A stretch of 48,481 nt of DNA from Chitinophagales bacterium (GCA_031376295.1 JANMDL010000216.1:1-48481), one strand, 5' to 3'; counted from the stretch's first letter, positions 9,490 through 20,053 are shown. The notes: generated by a model not told the origin, from the sequence alone. Program-made: numbers and translations.

Positions 9490-10797
9490 ATGGCATCATT
9501 TGAAGTAAGGGGCGGAAAAAAATTGAGTGGTGAAATAACACCACAGGGTGCAAAAAACGAGGCGTTGCAGATTTTATGTGCCGTTTTGCTCACACCCGAA
9601 AAAATCACCATCAGTAATATACCCGATATTGTAGATGTAAACCTGCTGATAGAATTGCTGGGAGAACTGGGCGTAAAAATTGAAAGAATAGACAGGCACA
9701 CCATCACTTTCCAGGCGGATGACATTAATATTGACTACCTCCATAGTACGGCCTATCACAAAAAAAGCGGCAGGTTGCGTGGCTCGGTGATGCTGGCTGG
9801 CCCGATGCTGGCCCGGTTTAAAAAAGCATATATTCCAAAACCGGGTGGTGATAAAATTGGCCAGCGCAGGCTTGATACCCATATCATCGGGTTTGAAAAA
9901 TTGGGGGCTACTTTTACCTATCATCCCGAGGATGGATTTTTTCACCTTGAAGCGCCCAACCTTAAAGGGGTGTATATGCTGCTGGATGAACCCAGTGTAA
10001 CCGGTACTGCCAATATACTGATGGCCGCAGTAATGGCAAAAGGTACTACCACCATTTACAATGCAGCCTGTGAGCCATACATTCAGCAGTTAAGTAAAAT
10101 GCTCAACCGCATGGGTGCAAAAATCAGTGGCGTGGGCAGCAATATGCTCACCATTGAAGGGGTAGATTACCTGGGAGGCACTAATCATACCATACTGCCC
10201 GATATGATTGAGGTGGGCAGCTTTATCGGCCTTGCTGCCATGACGCAAAGTGCCATCACCATAAAAAATGCAGGGCTGGAACATTTGGGTATTATCCCCG
10301 AAAAATTTCAGCAACTGGGTATTCAGATGGAGTTCAGGGGCGATGACATACATATACCAGCGCAGGACAGCTACGAAATTCAAACTTTTCTGGACGGCAG
10401 TGTGCTTACCATTTACGATCATCCCTGGCCGGGCTTTACCCCCGATTTGCTAAGTATTGTACTGGTAACGGCCACACAGGCCAATGGCAGTGTGTTGGTA
10501 CACCAAAAGATGTTTGAGAGCAGGCTTTTCTTTGTAGATAAGCTGATTGATATGGGTGCAAGAATTGTACTGTGTGATCCGCATCGTGCCGTGGTAATTG
10601 GCCTGGAAAGGGAGCAGAAGCTGAAAGGCATTACCATGAGCAGCCCGGATATACGTGCAGGTGTGGCATTGCTGATAGCAGCGCTGAGCGCCGAAGGCAA
10701 AAGTACCATCCAGAATATTGAACAGATAGACAGGGGTTACCAGTTTATTGATGAGCGTTTGATAGCATTGGGAGCCGATATAAAACGAATTGGATAA
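9490..10797 (+). CDS. murA: UDP-N-acetylglucosamine 1-carboxyvinyltransferase
   Basis: 'GAKNEAL', 'PGGDKIGQR.LDTH', 'SVTGT.N', 'DIRAG..L'. Confidence 0.97.
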   Translation: MASFEVRGGKKLSGEITPQGAKNEALQILCAVLLTPEKITISNIPDIVDVNLLIELLGELGVKIERIDRHTITFQADDINIDYLHSTAYHKKSGRLRGSVMLAGPMLARFKKAYIPKPGGDKIGQRRLDTHIIGFEKLGATFTYHPEDGFFHLEAPNLKGVYMLLDEPSVTGTANILMAAVMAKGTTTIYNAACEPYIQQLSKMLNRMGAKISGVGSNMLTIEGVDYLGGTNHTILPDMIEVGSFIGLAAMTQSAITIKNAGLEHLGIIPEKFQQLGIQMEFRGDDIHIPAQDSYEIQTFLDGSVLTIYDHPWPGFTPDLLSIVLVTATQANGSVLVHQKMFESRLFFVDKLIDMGARIVLCDPHRAVVIGLEREQKLKGITMSSPDIRAGVALLIAALSAEGKSTIQNIEQIDRGYQFIDERLIALGADIKRIG

Positions 10798-10885
10798 TGT
10801 GCTGATGTGCTGATGTGCTAATTTGATAATATGCTGATGAAGCAATATGCAAATGTGATAATATGCAAATGAGACAATGAAATAC
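10795..10885 (+). repeat. Degenerate 8-bp tandem repeat (ATGTGCTG/ATATGCAA type)
   Basis: About 11 units directly after the murA stop. Confidence 0.75.
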
Positions 10886-11019
10886 AGCAGCCGTTATTTA
10901 AAATGCGATGAGGGTGTAAGAAAATCCGTGAAATCAGTGATTAACGAATGCAGAAGTTGGAATGGCGAATGTAAGAATTAATGTAATTCGTGCAATCAGA
11001 ATAATTAGTGAATAAATAT

Positions 11020-11625
11020 ATGATACCATTTCCTTTTACAGAACCAATAATATTAGAAAACAATCGGGTACTGCTGCGTCCTTTACAGGAAGATGATTAC
11101 GAACACCTGCTGCCTTTTGCTTTGCAGGAACCTGATCTCTGGAAATTTTCCCTGGTAAGTGCGGCTGGTGCTGATGGCATGAAAGCTTATATTGATAACG
11201 CATTGGCGCAGAGAGAAAAAAATATCGAGTATCCTTTTATTGTATTTGACAAGCATGCAGGTTGCTATGCAGGCAGCACCAGGTTTTACGATATACAACC
11301 GGTGAATTTATCAGCACAATTGGGTTATACCTGGTATGGAACACCGTTTCAACGCAGCGGCCTCAACCGGCATTGCAAACTGTTATTGCTCCAGTTTGCT
11401 TTTGAGCAATGGGGCCTGGAGCGGCTGGAGTTCAGGGCCGATGCCGATAATGAACGCTCCATCAATGCCATGAAGGCCATTGGCTGCGTACCGGAAGGTA
11501 TCCTCCGCAACCACCTGCATACTTTTACAGGCAGGCGCAGAAGCAGTATGCTACTCAGTATTTTGAAAGATGAATGGTTTGGTGGCGTAAAGGAACATTT
11601 GCGGCAAAAAATTTACCAGCTATAA
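11020..11625 (+). CDS. GNAT N-acetyltransferase (RimJ/RimL type)
   Basis: 'GSTRF', 'LGYTWY', 'K.LLLQFAFE..GLER.EFRAD..NERS..AM..IG...EG.LR'; ATG 11020 preferred over GTG 11008. Confidence 0.88.
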   Translation: MIPFPFTEPIILENNRVLLRPLQEDDYEHLLPFALQEPDLWKFSLVSAAGADGMKAYIDNALAQREKNIEYPFIVFDKHAGCYAGSTRFYDIQPVNLSAQLGYTWYGTPFQRSGLNRHCKLLLLQFAFEQWGLERLEFRADADNERSINAMKAIGCVPEGILRNHLHTFTGRRRSSMLLSILKDEWFGGVKEHLRQKIYQL

Positions 11626-11680
11626 TTTTACCCTCATAATACCCATAAAAAGCTGATATTAGTGCCTGAAAAAATACAGT

Positions 11681-12409
11681 CTGCAAACAGTCAATTCCGA
11701 TATTACATTTTTTCAATTAGACGAACAGGCTATTACGGTTTCGTTTGGCAGCAGCATCAGCCCGGAAGTGAACAGCAAAGTAATGCAGTTCAACCAACTG
11801 TTGCAGCGCCAACCCTTTGAGGGCCTGATAGAAACGGTTCCTGCTTACTGTACGCTTACTGTTATGTACGATGCCCCAATCATTAAAAAAATTTGTGCCC
11901 CGGGTGAAACTGTCTCTACTAAAACCCGGCAGTACCTGGAGCAATTGCTTTTAGAAAATAATACGGCAGCACTTCTGCCCGGCAACCTGCATAAAATACC
12001 TGTTTGTTATGATGGAGCATTTGCACCTGATTTACAGTTGATGTGCAATACAAAAAAAATGGCAGCAGACGACATTATACAATTGCACACCGCAGCCCCA
12101 TACCATGTTTTTATGATTGGCTTTATGCCCGGCTTTCCGTATATGGGTATTGTGCCCGAAGTATTGCAGATGCCACGCTTGCGGGTACCCCGTACACAAG
12201 TGCCTGCGGGCAGTGTGGGTATTGCAGGCACGCAAACGGGTATTTATCCCTTTGCGTCACCCGGCGGCTGGAACATCATCGGGCAAACACCGCTTACCAT
12301 ATTTGATGTTAACAGACCTTCACCTGCATTGATAAATGCGGGCGACAGTGTTCAGTTTTATCCCATTGATACCGATGAGTTTTATCACATAAAACAGCAG
12401 CAGCTATGA
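11681..12409 (+). CDS. pxpB: 5-oxoprolinase subunit B (KipI/AHS1)
   Basis: 'IPVCYD..FAPDL', 'GFMPGFPYMG', 'PAGSVGIAG.QTGIYP..SPGGW.IIG.TP'; homology extends upstream of GTG 11768, start uncertain. Confidence 0.9.
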   Translation: MQTVNSDITFFQLDEQAITVSFGSSISPEVNSKVMQFNQLLQRQPFEGLIETVPAYCTLTVMYDAPIIKKICAPGETVSTKTRQYLEQLLLENNTAALLPGNLHKIPVCYDGAFAPDLQLMCNTKKMAADDIIQLHTAAPYHVFMIGFMPGFPYMGIVPEVLQMPRLRVPRTQVPAGSVGIAGTQTGIYPFASPGGWNIIGQTPLTIFDVNRPSPALINAGDSVQFYPIDTDEFYHIKQQQL

Positions 12410-13377
12410 GCCTGCGCATTGTAAAACCCGGCATTTGTACAACAGTACAGGATACTGGCCGCAATGGTTACCGGGCAGCGGGCATTACCGCCGGTGGTGC
12501 TATGGATACACTGGCTGCAACCATTGCCAATTACATTACGGGAAATGCAGCAGGCGAAGCTGTTATAGAAATGAGTTTTCCTGCACCGGTAATGGTTTTT
12601 GAGAAAAATGCGGTTATAGCCATTGCAGGCGCTGCATTTTCGCCAACACTCAACGGGGTAGCTGTAAAAAACTGGCAGCCCATTTTTGTACAACCTGGTG
12701 ATGTGCTGAGTTTTGAGAAAAAAATTTTGGGTGCCTGGGCGTATCTTTCAGTAAGGGGTGGTTTGGCAATACCGGAGTGGCTGGGCAGTTATGCCACTTA
12801 TTTACCGGCTGCTGCAGGTGGGTTTAAAGGAAGAGCCTTGCAGAAAGCCGATGTAATTGAGTTTAACACACCAGGTAATGGAAGTAATGCATCTTTTAAA
12901 TGGCAGTTGGCAGAAAAGGAATGGCGGCAATGGTATGATGCAGATAATGTAATAAATGTGTTACCTGGTAATGAATTGTCCTTGCTGGATATTGCTGCCG
13001 AAAAAAAAATATTTACAGGAAAATTTGCTGTAACAAGTCAGAGCAATCGCATGGGTTATCGCCTCTCCGGGTCATTGCTGACATTAACGCAACCGGTTGA
13101 ACTGGTTTCTTCTGCGGTTACAAAAGGTACGGTTCAATTGCTGCCATCGGGTGATTGTATTGTGCTGATGGCTGATTGCCAAACCACCGGCGGTTACCCA
13201 CGCATGGCGCATGTAACAGGAGCATCCATGCCTGCTATGGCACAGGCGCAGGGGGCAGCACAAATAAAATTCAGACAGATAACGATTGAAGCTGCTGAAG
13301 AAAGTTTATTTTCAATGCAAAAATGGCTGCAGCAGGTAAAGTTGATTTGTATGGGGAAATATGAGGGTGATGTTTAA
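12406..13377 (+). CDS. pxpC: 5-oxoprolinase subunit C (KipA/AHS2)
   Basis: 'TTVQD.GR.GYR..G...GGAMD', 'SNRMGYRL', 'MAD.QTTGGYP'. Confidence 0.92.
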   Translation: MSLRIVKPGICTTVQDTGRNGYRAAGITAGGAMDTLAATIANYITGNAAGEAVIEMSFPAPVMVFEKNAVIAIAGAAFSPTLNGVAVKNWQPIFVQPGDVLSFEKKILGAWAYLSVRGGLAIPEWLGSYATYLPAAAGGFKGRALQKADVIEFNTPGNGSNASFKWQLAEKEWRQWYDADNVINVLPGNELSLLDIAAEKKIFTGKFAVTSQSNRMGYRLSGSLLTLTQPVELVSSAVTKGTVQLLPSGDCIVLMADCQTTGGYPRMAHVTGASMPAMAQAQGAAQIKFRQITIEAAEESLFSMQKWLQQVKLICMGKYEGDV

Positions 13378-13470
13378 GGTGATGCACTTTTGCTGAATAA
13401 TGTGATACTGTACAAGAGTGCGACGCCACAGCAGGTGAAAAGAGTTACTGAAGCCGGGCTCATAAAAAAA

Positions 13471-14220
13471 ATGTTTACTACAGATATAAATTGCGATATG
13501 GGAGAAGGCATTGGCAACGATGCGCAACTGATGCCTTTTATCAGCTCGGCCAATATTGCCTGTGGCTACCATGCCGGCAATGCAGCTACCATGCAGCAAA
13601 CGGTGCAATTGGCCATTAAGCATCGTGTGGCTATTGGCGCACATCCATCTTATAATGATGTGGCAAACTTTGGCCGCATGGCCATTAACCTGCCACCGGA
13701 TGAAGTATATGAAATTGTTTGCTGTCAGATTAAGTTATTGACGGCTGTTTGCGACGACAACAACGCCCTGCTGCATCACGTAAAGCCACATGGAGCTTTG
13801 TATAATACAGCTGCTAAAGATTTGCCCACTGCACAGGCCATTGCCCTTGCTGTAAGGGACTGTAACCCCGGTTTAATACTGTATGGCCTGCCGGGAACTT
13901 TTATGCAGCAGGCAGCAGCAGAAGCAGGCATAGCTTTTTTGGGCGAAGCATTTGCCGACAGAAGCTATCAACCAGATGGAACACTCACAGCAAGACTGCA
14001 GCCGGGTGCGCTGATTAATAATAGTACAGATGCAGTAAAACAGGCATTGCAGCTTGTACAAACAAAAAACGTTACAACCATAACCGGCCAGGTAATCCCC
14101 GTAGATGCAGTCACCATCTGTATACATGGCGATGGGGAGCATGCCCTGGAATTTGCCAAAGCCATTCATGCGGCATTCAGTAATGCTGGTATAACAATTA
14201 ATAAATATGAACAGCAGTAA
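13471..14220 (+). CDS. pxpA: 5-oxoprolinase subunit A (LamB/YcsF)
   Basis: 'DINCDMGEG', 'SANIACGYHAG', 'HVKPHGALYN', 'TICIHGD'; start reassigned to ATG 13471. Confidence 0.93.
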   Translation: MFTTDINCDMGEGIGNDAQLMPFISSANIACGYHAGNAATMQQTVQLAIKHRVAIGAHPSYNDVANFGRMAINLPPDEVYEIVCCQIKLLTAVCDDNNALLHHVKPHGALYNTAAKDLPTAQAIALAVRDCNPGLILYGLPGTFMQQAAAEAGIAFLGEAFADRSYQPDGTLTARLQPGALINNSTDAVKQALQLVQTKNVTTITGQVIPVDAVTICIHGDGEHALEFAKAIHAAFSNAGITINKYEQQ

Positions 14221-15385
14221 ACCATCACGCAGTATATTATTGGGCGCTGCTTTTTTAATGGCTACTTCTGCCATCGGGCCGGGTTTTATTACACAAACAA
14301 CGGTGTTTACCCAAAAATACCTGGCTTCTTTCGGCTTTATCATACTGCTGGCTGTACTGCTGGATATTGGGGTACAACTGAACATCTGGCGCATTATTTC
14401 GGTAAGCGGATTATATGCACAGGATATTGCCAATAAAGTATTGAAGGGCTCGGGTCACCTGCTGATTATTCTGGTGGCACTTGGTGGCCTTGCTTTTAAC
14501 ATTGGTAATATTGCGGGCTGTGGCCTGGGCCTGCAAATATTAACCGGCTGGCCCCTTGCTTACTGTGTGGTAGCCAGTTGTGGTGTGGCGCTGCTGATAT
14601 TTTTAGTGAAAGAAGCAGGCAGGGCAATGGATCTTTTTGCCAAAGTGCTGGGCGTACTGATGCTGCTGCTGGTGGTATATGTAGCCTGGCAATCGCACCC
14701 GCCTTTGGCAGAAGCACTTAAAAAGAGTTTTGTTCCGGATGTGTTTTCCGAATCGGCTACGCTGACCATTGTAGGTGGAACGGTTGGTGGCTATATTTGT
14801 TTTTCTGGCGCTCACCGGTTATTGCAGGCAGGCATTAGTGGGGAGCTGCACCTGAAAAAGGTTTCGGAAAATGCGGTTATGGGCATTGTGCTGGCAACTG
14901 CCATGCGGATAGTATTATTTTTAGCGGCACTGGGTGTGGTAAGCAAGGGCATACAGCTTGATGCCGTGAATCCTGCCGCTACGGTATTTTCTGCCGCAGC
15001 GGGTAATATTGGCTTGTACCTGTTTGGAATAGTATTGTGGAGTGCGGCTATTACTTCTGTTACAGGCTCAGCCTATACCTCAGTTTCTTTTTTACAGTCA
15101 TTGCACCCGGCAATTAAAAAAAATTACCGCCTGGTGATTGTGGTTTTTATCAGTTTGTCCACCCTTATTTTTCTACTCATCGGCAAACCAAAGCAGGTGC
15201 TGCTGATAGTAGGGGCGCTCAATGGTTTGATATTGCCTGTTTCGCTGTCGCTGATATTGCTGGCAGCATACAATAAAAAAATTATTACCACTTACCGGCA
15301 TCCTTTGTGGATGGCAGTTTTTGGCTGGCTGGTGGTGGCCGCCATGCTGTACATCTGTGTTGTATCGGTGTACGGGCTTTTTTAA
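14207..15385 (+). CDS. NRAMP-like transporter (YcsG type)
   Basis: 'GAAFLMATSAIGPGFITQT', 'VGGTVGGY'; multi-TM; same context as Bacillus ycsF-ycsG. Confidence 0.85.
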   Translation: MNSSKPSRSILLGAAFLMATSAIGPGFITQTTVFTQKYLASFGFIILLAVLLDIGVQLNIWRIISVSGLYAQDIANKVLKGSGHLLIILVALGGLAFNIGNIAGCGLGLQILTGWPLAYCVVASCGVALLIFLVKEAGRAMDLFAKVLGVLMLLLVVYVAWQSHPPLAEALKKSFVPDVFSESATLTIVGGTVGGYICFSGAHRLLQAGISGELHLKKVSENAVMGIVLATAMRIVLFLAALGVVSKGIQLDAVNPAATVFSAAAGNIGLYLFGIVLWSAAITSVTGSAYTSVSFLQSLHPAIKKNYRLVIVVFISLSTLIFLLIGKPKQVLLIVGALNGLILPVSLSLILLAAYNKKIITTYRHPLWMAVFGWLVVAAMLYICVVSVYGLF

Positions 15386-15388
15386 AAA

Positions 15389-15464
15389 GGCGGCGGTATT
15401 CACTACCACGGCTCCCTGCCAGGGCAGGTTTTCTTCACCAGCCAGCAACAATTTGAAATGTGCC
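15389..15464. repeat. Degenerate copy of the REP-like doublet at 27023-27097
   Basis: Shares GGCGG..CCACGGCT..GGC.GGT..CT.CACCAGCCAGC.ACAATTTG.AATG. Confidence 0.6.
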
Positions 15465-15502
15465 TACTACCGCTATTTCAATAATCTTTCTTTTATTTGC
15501 AA

Positions 15503-16072
15503 ATGGATGCAAACAAGTTACTCATAATTACCGCCCCGTCAGGCGCTGGTAAAACCTCCATCACCAGGCATTTAATGGCAAAATTTCCGCAGCTTGCCTT
15601 TTCAGTATCAGCAGCTACCCGGCAGGCCAGGGGTATTGAAAAGGATGGAGTAGACTATCATTTTATGACGGCGGAAGCATTCAAGCAGCATATTCAGCAG
15701 GAAGACTTTGTGGAGTGGGAAATGGTGTATGAAGGGAAATACTATGGAACACTTAAAAGCGAACTAAGCCGTATCTGGGCTGAAAATAAAATCCCGGTAT
15801 TAGACATTGACGTAAAAGGAGCTATTCATGTGCAGCAGCAATACCCTGAAACATCCCTGTCAATATTTATAAATCCGCCATCAGTGGAGGAGTTAAAAAA
15901 AAGATTAGAAAACCGGGGAACAGAAACAGCCTCGTCCCTTGCCGCAAGAATCAACAAAGCCAGTTACGAAATGTCGTTTAAAAATGAGTTTGATGAAATT
16001 ATTGTGAACGACAATCTGTTAACCGCCTGTGCCAGGGCTGAGGAAGTGGTGCAGAATTTTATTAGCAGTTAA
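15503..16072 (+). CDS. gmk: Guanylate kinase
   Basis: P-loop 'APSGAGKT', 'FSVSAATR..R..E.DGVDYHF', 'YYGT', 'LDIDVKGA'. Confidence 0.96.
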   Translation: MDANKLLIITAPSGAGKTSITRHLMAKFPQLAFSVSAATRQARGIEKDGVDYHFMTAEAFKQHIQQEDFVEWEMVYEGKYYGTLKSELSRIWAENKIPVLDIDVKGAIHVQQQYPETSLSIFINPPSVEELKKRLENRGTETASSLAARINKASYEMSFKNEFDEIIVNDNLLTACARAEEVVQNFISS

Positions 16073-16077
16073 GTATC

Positions 16078-16168
16078 TTAAAGTTCAAAGTTGGAAAGTT
16101 CAAAGTTTAAGGTTATGCTCACCACAAAGCCAAACTTTGAACTTATCAACCAATCAACTTTGAACTTC
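16078..16168. repeat. Inverted arrays of 7-8-mer repeats (AAAGTTC / GAACTTT) between convergent genes
   Basis: aaagttcaaagttggaaagttcaaagttt ... aaactttgaacttatcaaccaatcaactttgaact. Confidence 0.7.
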
Positions 16169-17116
16169 CTACTCCGGCACTTCCACCACTGTCCAGTTTT
16201 TGGTGCGTCGGTTCCAGATGATATTGTAATCCCTGCCATGCATGAGTTTAAAAACCCGCTGCCCGTTATAATAAGGCAAGCGCAACCAGCCGTAATTGTA
16301 TACTTCAAATTTGAATACAAATGATTCTCCAGGTTTTATCTGGGCTGGTTGGTAGGTTTTTCCATCATCGCTCAGGTAAACAGTTTCTGTTCTGTTGCTT
16401 TGCATTCCAAGTGCTATCCAGCTAGGATCGGTTGCAGGGTCGGTATTGGTGCCGCCCGTGTTACCTCCACCTGTGTTTCCGCTTCCGGTATTGCCGCCTG
16501 TATTACCTCCCGTGTTACCACCACCCGTATTGCCGGTATTGCCTTTCTCATTGTTGGCCATGTTCCAGCCCCTGGTAATAGATGCAATCCTGTCTTTTTT
16601 TGCCGGGTGGGTAGCACTTGCCTTGTCGCTCGCAATGGTTTGCATGGCCGCAATAGATTGAGCCAGTGTTGCGCCCTGCTTATTCATTACATACCCGGAA
16701 AAACCATCGGCCTCAATTTCGGTGGGTACGGTACTGCCTTTGCCGCTTACCACGTGGTTGTAATAATGATGCCCCATTTCATGCGCCAGCACACTGATGG
16801 AAGCCCATTTGGTGGCAGCATAAGAATCTAAGTTTTCTAAAAATGTATTATCATATACAATCCACCTTTTGTTGCGTATAACGGTGGCATATGCATTGTT
16901 GATGCCGTTTTGTTCCTGCAGGGTAAAATTCTGTTTCCATTTAATGCTGTCAAGCATGTTCTGTACAATTTCAGCAGCTTCATACACCGACTTGAAGTTA
17001 GACCTTATCAGTGATTTTTTGGGGATAATAAAGCCGCAATTATTTACAGTTTGAGCATATAGGTTGGCAGAAACCCCAAGGAGTATAACGATTGGCAGTA
17101 TCCGTAAAATTTTCAT
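16169..17116 (-). CDS. Secreted zinc metalloprotease (M48-like, HExxH) with Gly/Asn/Thr linker and small C-terminal beta domain
   Basis: 'INNAYA', 'VLAHEMGHH', 'EIEADGFSG', 'THP....RI'; start at MKILRIL. Confidence 0.75.
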   Translation of the reverse strand: MKILRILPIVILLGVSANLYAQTVNNCGFIIPKKSLIRSNFKSVYEAAEIVQNMLDSIKWKQNFTLQEQNGINNAYATVIRNKRWIVYDNTFLENLDSYAATKWASISVLAHEMGHHYYNHVVSGKGSTVPTEIEADGFSGYVMNKQGATLAQSIAAMQTIASDKASATHPAKKDRIASITRGWNMANNEKGNTGNTGGGNTGGNTGGNTGSGNTGGGNTGGTNTDPATDPSWIALGMQSNRTETVYLSDDGKTYQPAQIKPGESFVFKFEVYNYGWLRLPYYNGQRVFKLMHGRDYNIIWNRRTKNWTVVEVPE

Positions 17117-17471
17117 AACCAGAGATTTTTCGTAAATATATATTTTTTTTGTAAAAATCAACTGTATCCATGCAGCAACAGCCAGAAATACTTTCCGTTG
17201 CGTGCGGGCTTCATTCAGCCAAATTTTCGAATGCCCGTCTGGTTTTTAACCAACTAGGCCAGGCCGCCGCAATTTTTTTTGAATAGCAAACGCCACATAT
17301 AATGTCATCCTGCAATGCTTTCCGTTGTACTGCGGCCTAATTCAGTCATATTACAGGATTTTTCACCTGCCTGCGTTTTTTGCCTCAAATACAACTCCTG
17401 AAAATACGATTTGCGGCAATAAAGGTGGTAAATCCAACTAATGTAATAAATTTGTACCATAACTTAACTGT

Positions 17472-18752
17472 ATGGACTGGCTCGCTTCATTGATTGCCAT
17501 ATCACTTTCTATGCTTTTTATCGGCTTTTTTTCCGGTATTGAGATAGCTTTTGTATCTGCCAATAAGCTTTCTCTTGAGCTGAAGAAGAAACAGGGGACT
17601 TACACGGGTAAATTGTGGGGAGGCTATGCTGATAAGCCGGCAAAATTTATAGGAATGACACTGGTAGGCCTCAATATTGTAGTGGTGGTGTATGGCCTGC
17701 TGCTGAGTAATTTTATGGATGTGGTACTCTGGAAAAACTTAGACAAATATTTTCATGTTTCAAATGCCTATGTCAAACTCATTTTAGAAACCATACTCTC
17801 TACACTTGTACTGCTTTTTTTTGAATTCACTTTCAAAGCTTTTTTCAGGGCAAGAAATGTGCAAGTGATGAACAGCAGTTTTGTTACCTATATAGTAAGT
17901 TTTTTTTATTCATTGTTTTCATCCATCGCAAGTCTTTTTGTAGCAGTGGCAGAGTGGATATTGAAATATGTTTTTAATGTACGGATTAATGAAAAAAGGG
18001 AAGTGTTTTCAAAAATGGACCTGGAACATTTTCTGGCCCAGGCAAAAAATAATGATGAAGAGGACGCTGATGAAATAAACAAGGAGCTGTTTGAAAATGC
18101 GTTGTCGCTTTCAGAAACAAAACTGCGGGAATGCCTTATACCACGCAGGGAAATTGAGGCTGTTGATATTAAAATGACCATTGGCGAAGTAAAAGATAAG
18201 TTTATAAAAACCCAATTAAGCAAACTGGTTGTTTTTGATAAAGACATTGATAATATACTGGGCTATGTACACCAGCTTGATCTTTTTAAAAACCCGGCTG
18301 ATATCCGGTCTATCCTGCATCCCATACCTACGGTGCCGGAAAGCATGAGTGCAACAGATATGATGAGCAAATTCAGCAAGGGGCGTAAAACTATTGCCTG
18401 GGTGGTGGATGAGTTTGGCGGCACAGCAGGCATTATCACTATGGAAGACCTGCTGGAAGAGATTTTTGGCGACATAAAGGATGAATACGATACAGAGGAT
18501 TTTGTGGAAAAGCAGATTGCCACCAATGAATTTATTTTTAGCGGCAGGCTGGAGCTGGATTATATCAATGAAAAGTACGGACTTGAATTTTCCGGGGATG
18601 ATACATCGGAAACACTGTCGGGATATATCATACAGAACAACGAAGAAATTCCCGGGCAGAAAGACCGCATCATCATTGGTAATTACCAGTACGATATACT
18701 TAATATGGGCGATACCCGTATTGAAACAGTGAAACTGAAAGTACTTAAATAA
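17472..18752 (+). CDS. HlyC/CorC (CNNM-CBS) transporter family protein
   Basis: 'GFFSG.EIAFVS', CBS pair, 'VVDEFGGTAGIITMEDLLEEIFGDI.DEYD'. Confidence 0.92.
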   Translation: MDWLASLIAISLSMLFIGFFSGIEIAFVSANKLSLELKKKQGTYTGKLWGGYADKPAKFIGMTLVGLNIVVVVYGLLLSNFMDVVLWKNLDKYFHVSNAYVKLILETILSTLVLLFFEFTFKAFFRARNVQVMNSSFVTYIVSFFYSLFSSIASLFVAVAEWILKYVFNVRINEKREVFSKMDLEHFLAQAKNNDEEDADEINKELFENALSLSETKLRECLIPRREIEAVDIKMTIGEVKDKFIKTQLSKLVVFDKDIDNILGYVHQLDLFKNPADIRSILHPIPTVPESMSATDMMSKFSKGRKTIAWVVDEFGGTAGIITMEDLLEEIFGDIKDEYDTEDFVEKQIATNEFIFSGRLELDYINEKYGLEFSGDDTSETLSGYIIQNNEEIPGQKDRIIIGNYQYDILNMGDTRIETVKLKVLK

Positions 18753-18791
18753 TAAAGACAGAACCAGCCACCCGGCCAACTTTTTGTAATA

Positions 18792-19928
18792 ATGGTAATT
18801 GCTGTTGATATAAGTGTTTCAGAAAAAAATGCCATTGCATGGCGGGAAGGCTTTGTATATAAAAACCTCAGTGCCATAGCCAGCTTGTACCCGCAGCATA
18901 CATTTATTTTTATTTTCGACAGGTCATATGCCGGTAACCATCTGTTTAAAGAAAACTGTATTCCCGTGGTTGCCGGCCCGGGAGTAAACAGCCAGTTGAT
19001 GCAGTATTTCTGGTACAATTATAAACTCCCTGCACTGCTGCGTAAGCATAAGGCCGATATTTTTCTGGGTGTAAATGGTTGTTGCAGTATCAACACACAA
19101 TTGCCGCAATGCCTGCTGCTGAGTGATGGTGTTTTTGGTGCCGGTCATCAGTTGCCCCCCCAAAAAAACATCCGCTTTATAAAAAAACAATTACCTCTTT
19201 TTTTGGATAAGGCCACCAGTATAATTGCCACATCAAATTATTGCCGTAGACAAATAGTAAACATCCTGCCTGCTGCTGCTGAAAAAACTGCCGTGGTATA
19301 TCCTGCTGCCGGCAATGGCTTTTGCCCGATGAGCCGGGAGGAAAAAGAACTGGTGAAAGCGCAATACTCCAATGGCAAAGAATATTTTTTACATGGGGGA
19401 GCCATCAGCTCCAAAAGTCAGTTGGTGAACCTGCTTAAAGCCTTTTCACTATTTAAAAAAAGACAAAAAAGCAATATGCATTTACTGCTTGCGGGCCATA
19501 TCAATCTGCCTAAAAATGATTTAAAGGCTATTGTCAGCACGTATAAATACAGGGATGATGTCAGGCTTACCGGTTATCACTCAACACCAATATTTGCCCG
19601 GCTGCTTACCGGAGCTTATGCATTGGTGCATACCAGCACGGGTATGCAACTGCCGGCAGAAGCCATGATTTGCGGAGTACCTTTGATTGTAGCTGATACC
19701 GGGGCGATGCTGGAAATATGCGGTGAGGCAGCATTGTATATAAACCCCGGCAGCCCCGAAGCAATTGCTGAGCAAATGATGCTGGTTTTTAAAGATGAAA
19801 ACCTGAGAGACAGCCTGGTAATGAAGGGAAATAAGCAGGTGGAGGCTTACAGCGCCCCGGCTGCAGTGAAAAAACTGGCAGAGGCAATTTTTAGCGCCTG
19901 TACTCCGGGGGTTGCTGCATCCGCATAA
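18792..19928 (+). CDS. Glycosyltransferase family 4 (GT-B), possibly degenerate active site
   Basis: GT-B pattern 'NLLKAFS', 'EAM.CG.P.I......EI.GEAALY..P'. Confidence 0.8.
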   Translation: MVIAVDISVSEKNAIAWREGFVYKNLSAIASLYPQHTFIFIFDRSYAGNHLFKENCIPVVAGPGVNSQLMQYFWYNYKLPALLRKHKADIFLGVNGCCSINTQLPQCLLLSDGVFGAGHQLPPQKNIRFIKKQLPLFLDKATSIIATSNYCRRQIVNILPAAAEKTAVVYPAAGNGFCPMSREEKELVKAQYSNGKEYFLHGGAISSKSQLVNLLKAFSLFKKRQKSNMHLLLAGHINLPKNDLKAIVSTYKYRDDVRLTGYHSTPIFARLLTGAYALVHTSTGMQLPAEAMICGVPLIVADTGAMLEICGEAALYINPGSPEAIAEQMMLVFKDENLRDSLVMKGNKQVEAYSAPAAVKKLAEAIFSACTPGVAASA

Positions 19929-20053
19929 TTCCAGCCGGGATGGTTTGTTTGCCCAATACAACCAATTTGGCCGGTAAAAGGTGAAAAGTTTTAATGCGTA
20001 CAGCCAATGCATAATTCAGTTACTTTTGCAATCCGGTTAAATAAATAAAAAAT

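Noticed and set aside
9830-9870. MurA with Asp at the fosfomycin-target Cys position (PGGDKIG)
   Set aside because: Real, but a common variant in Bacteroidota, so not novel
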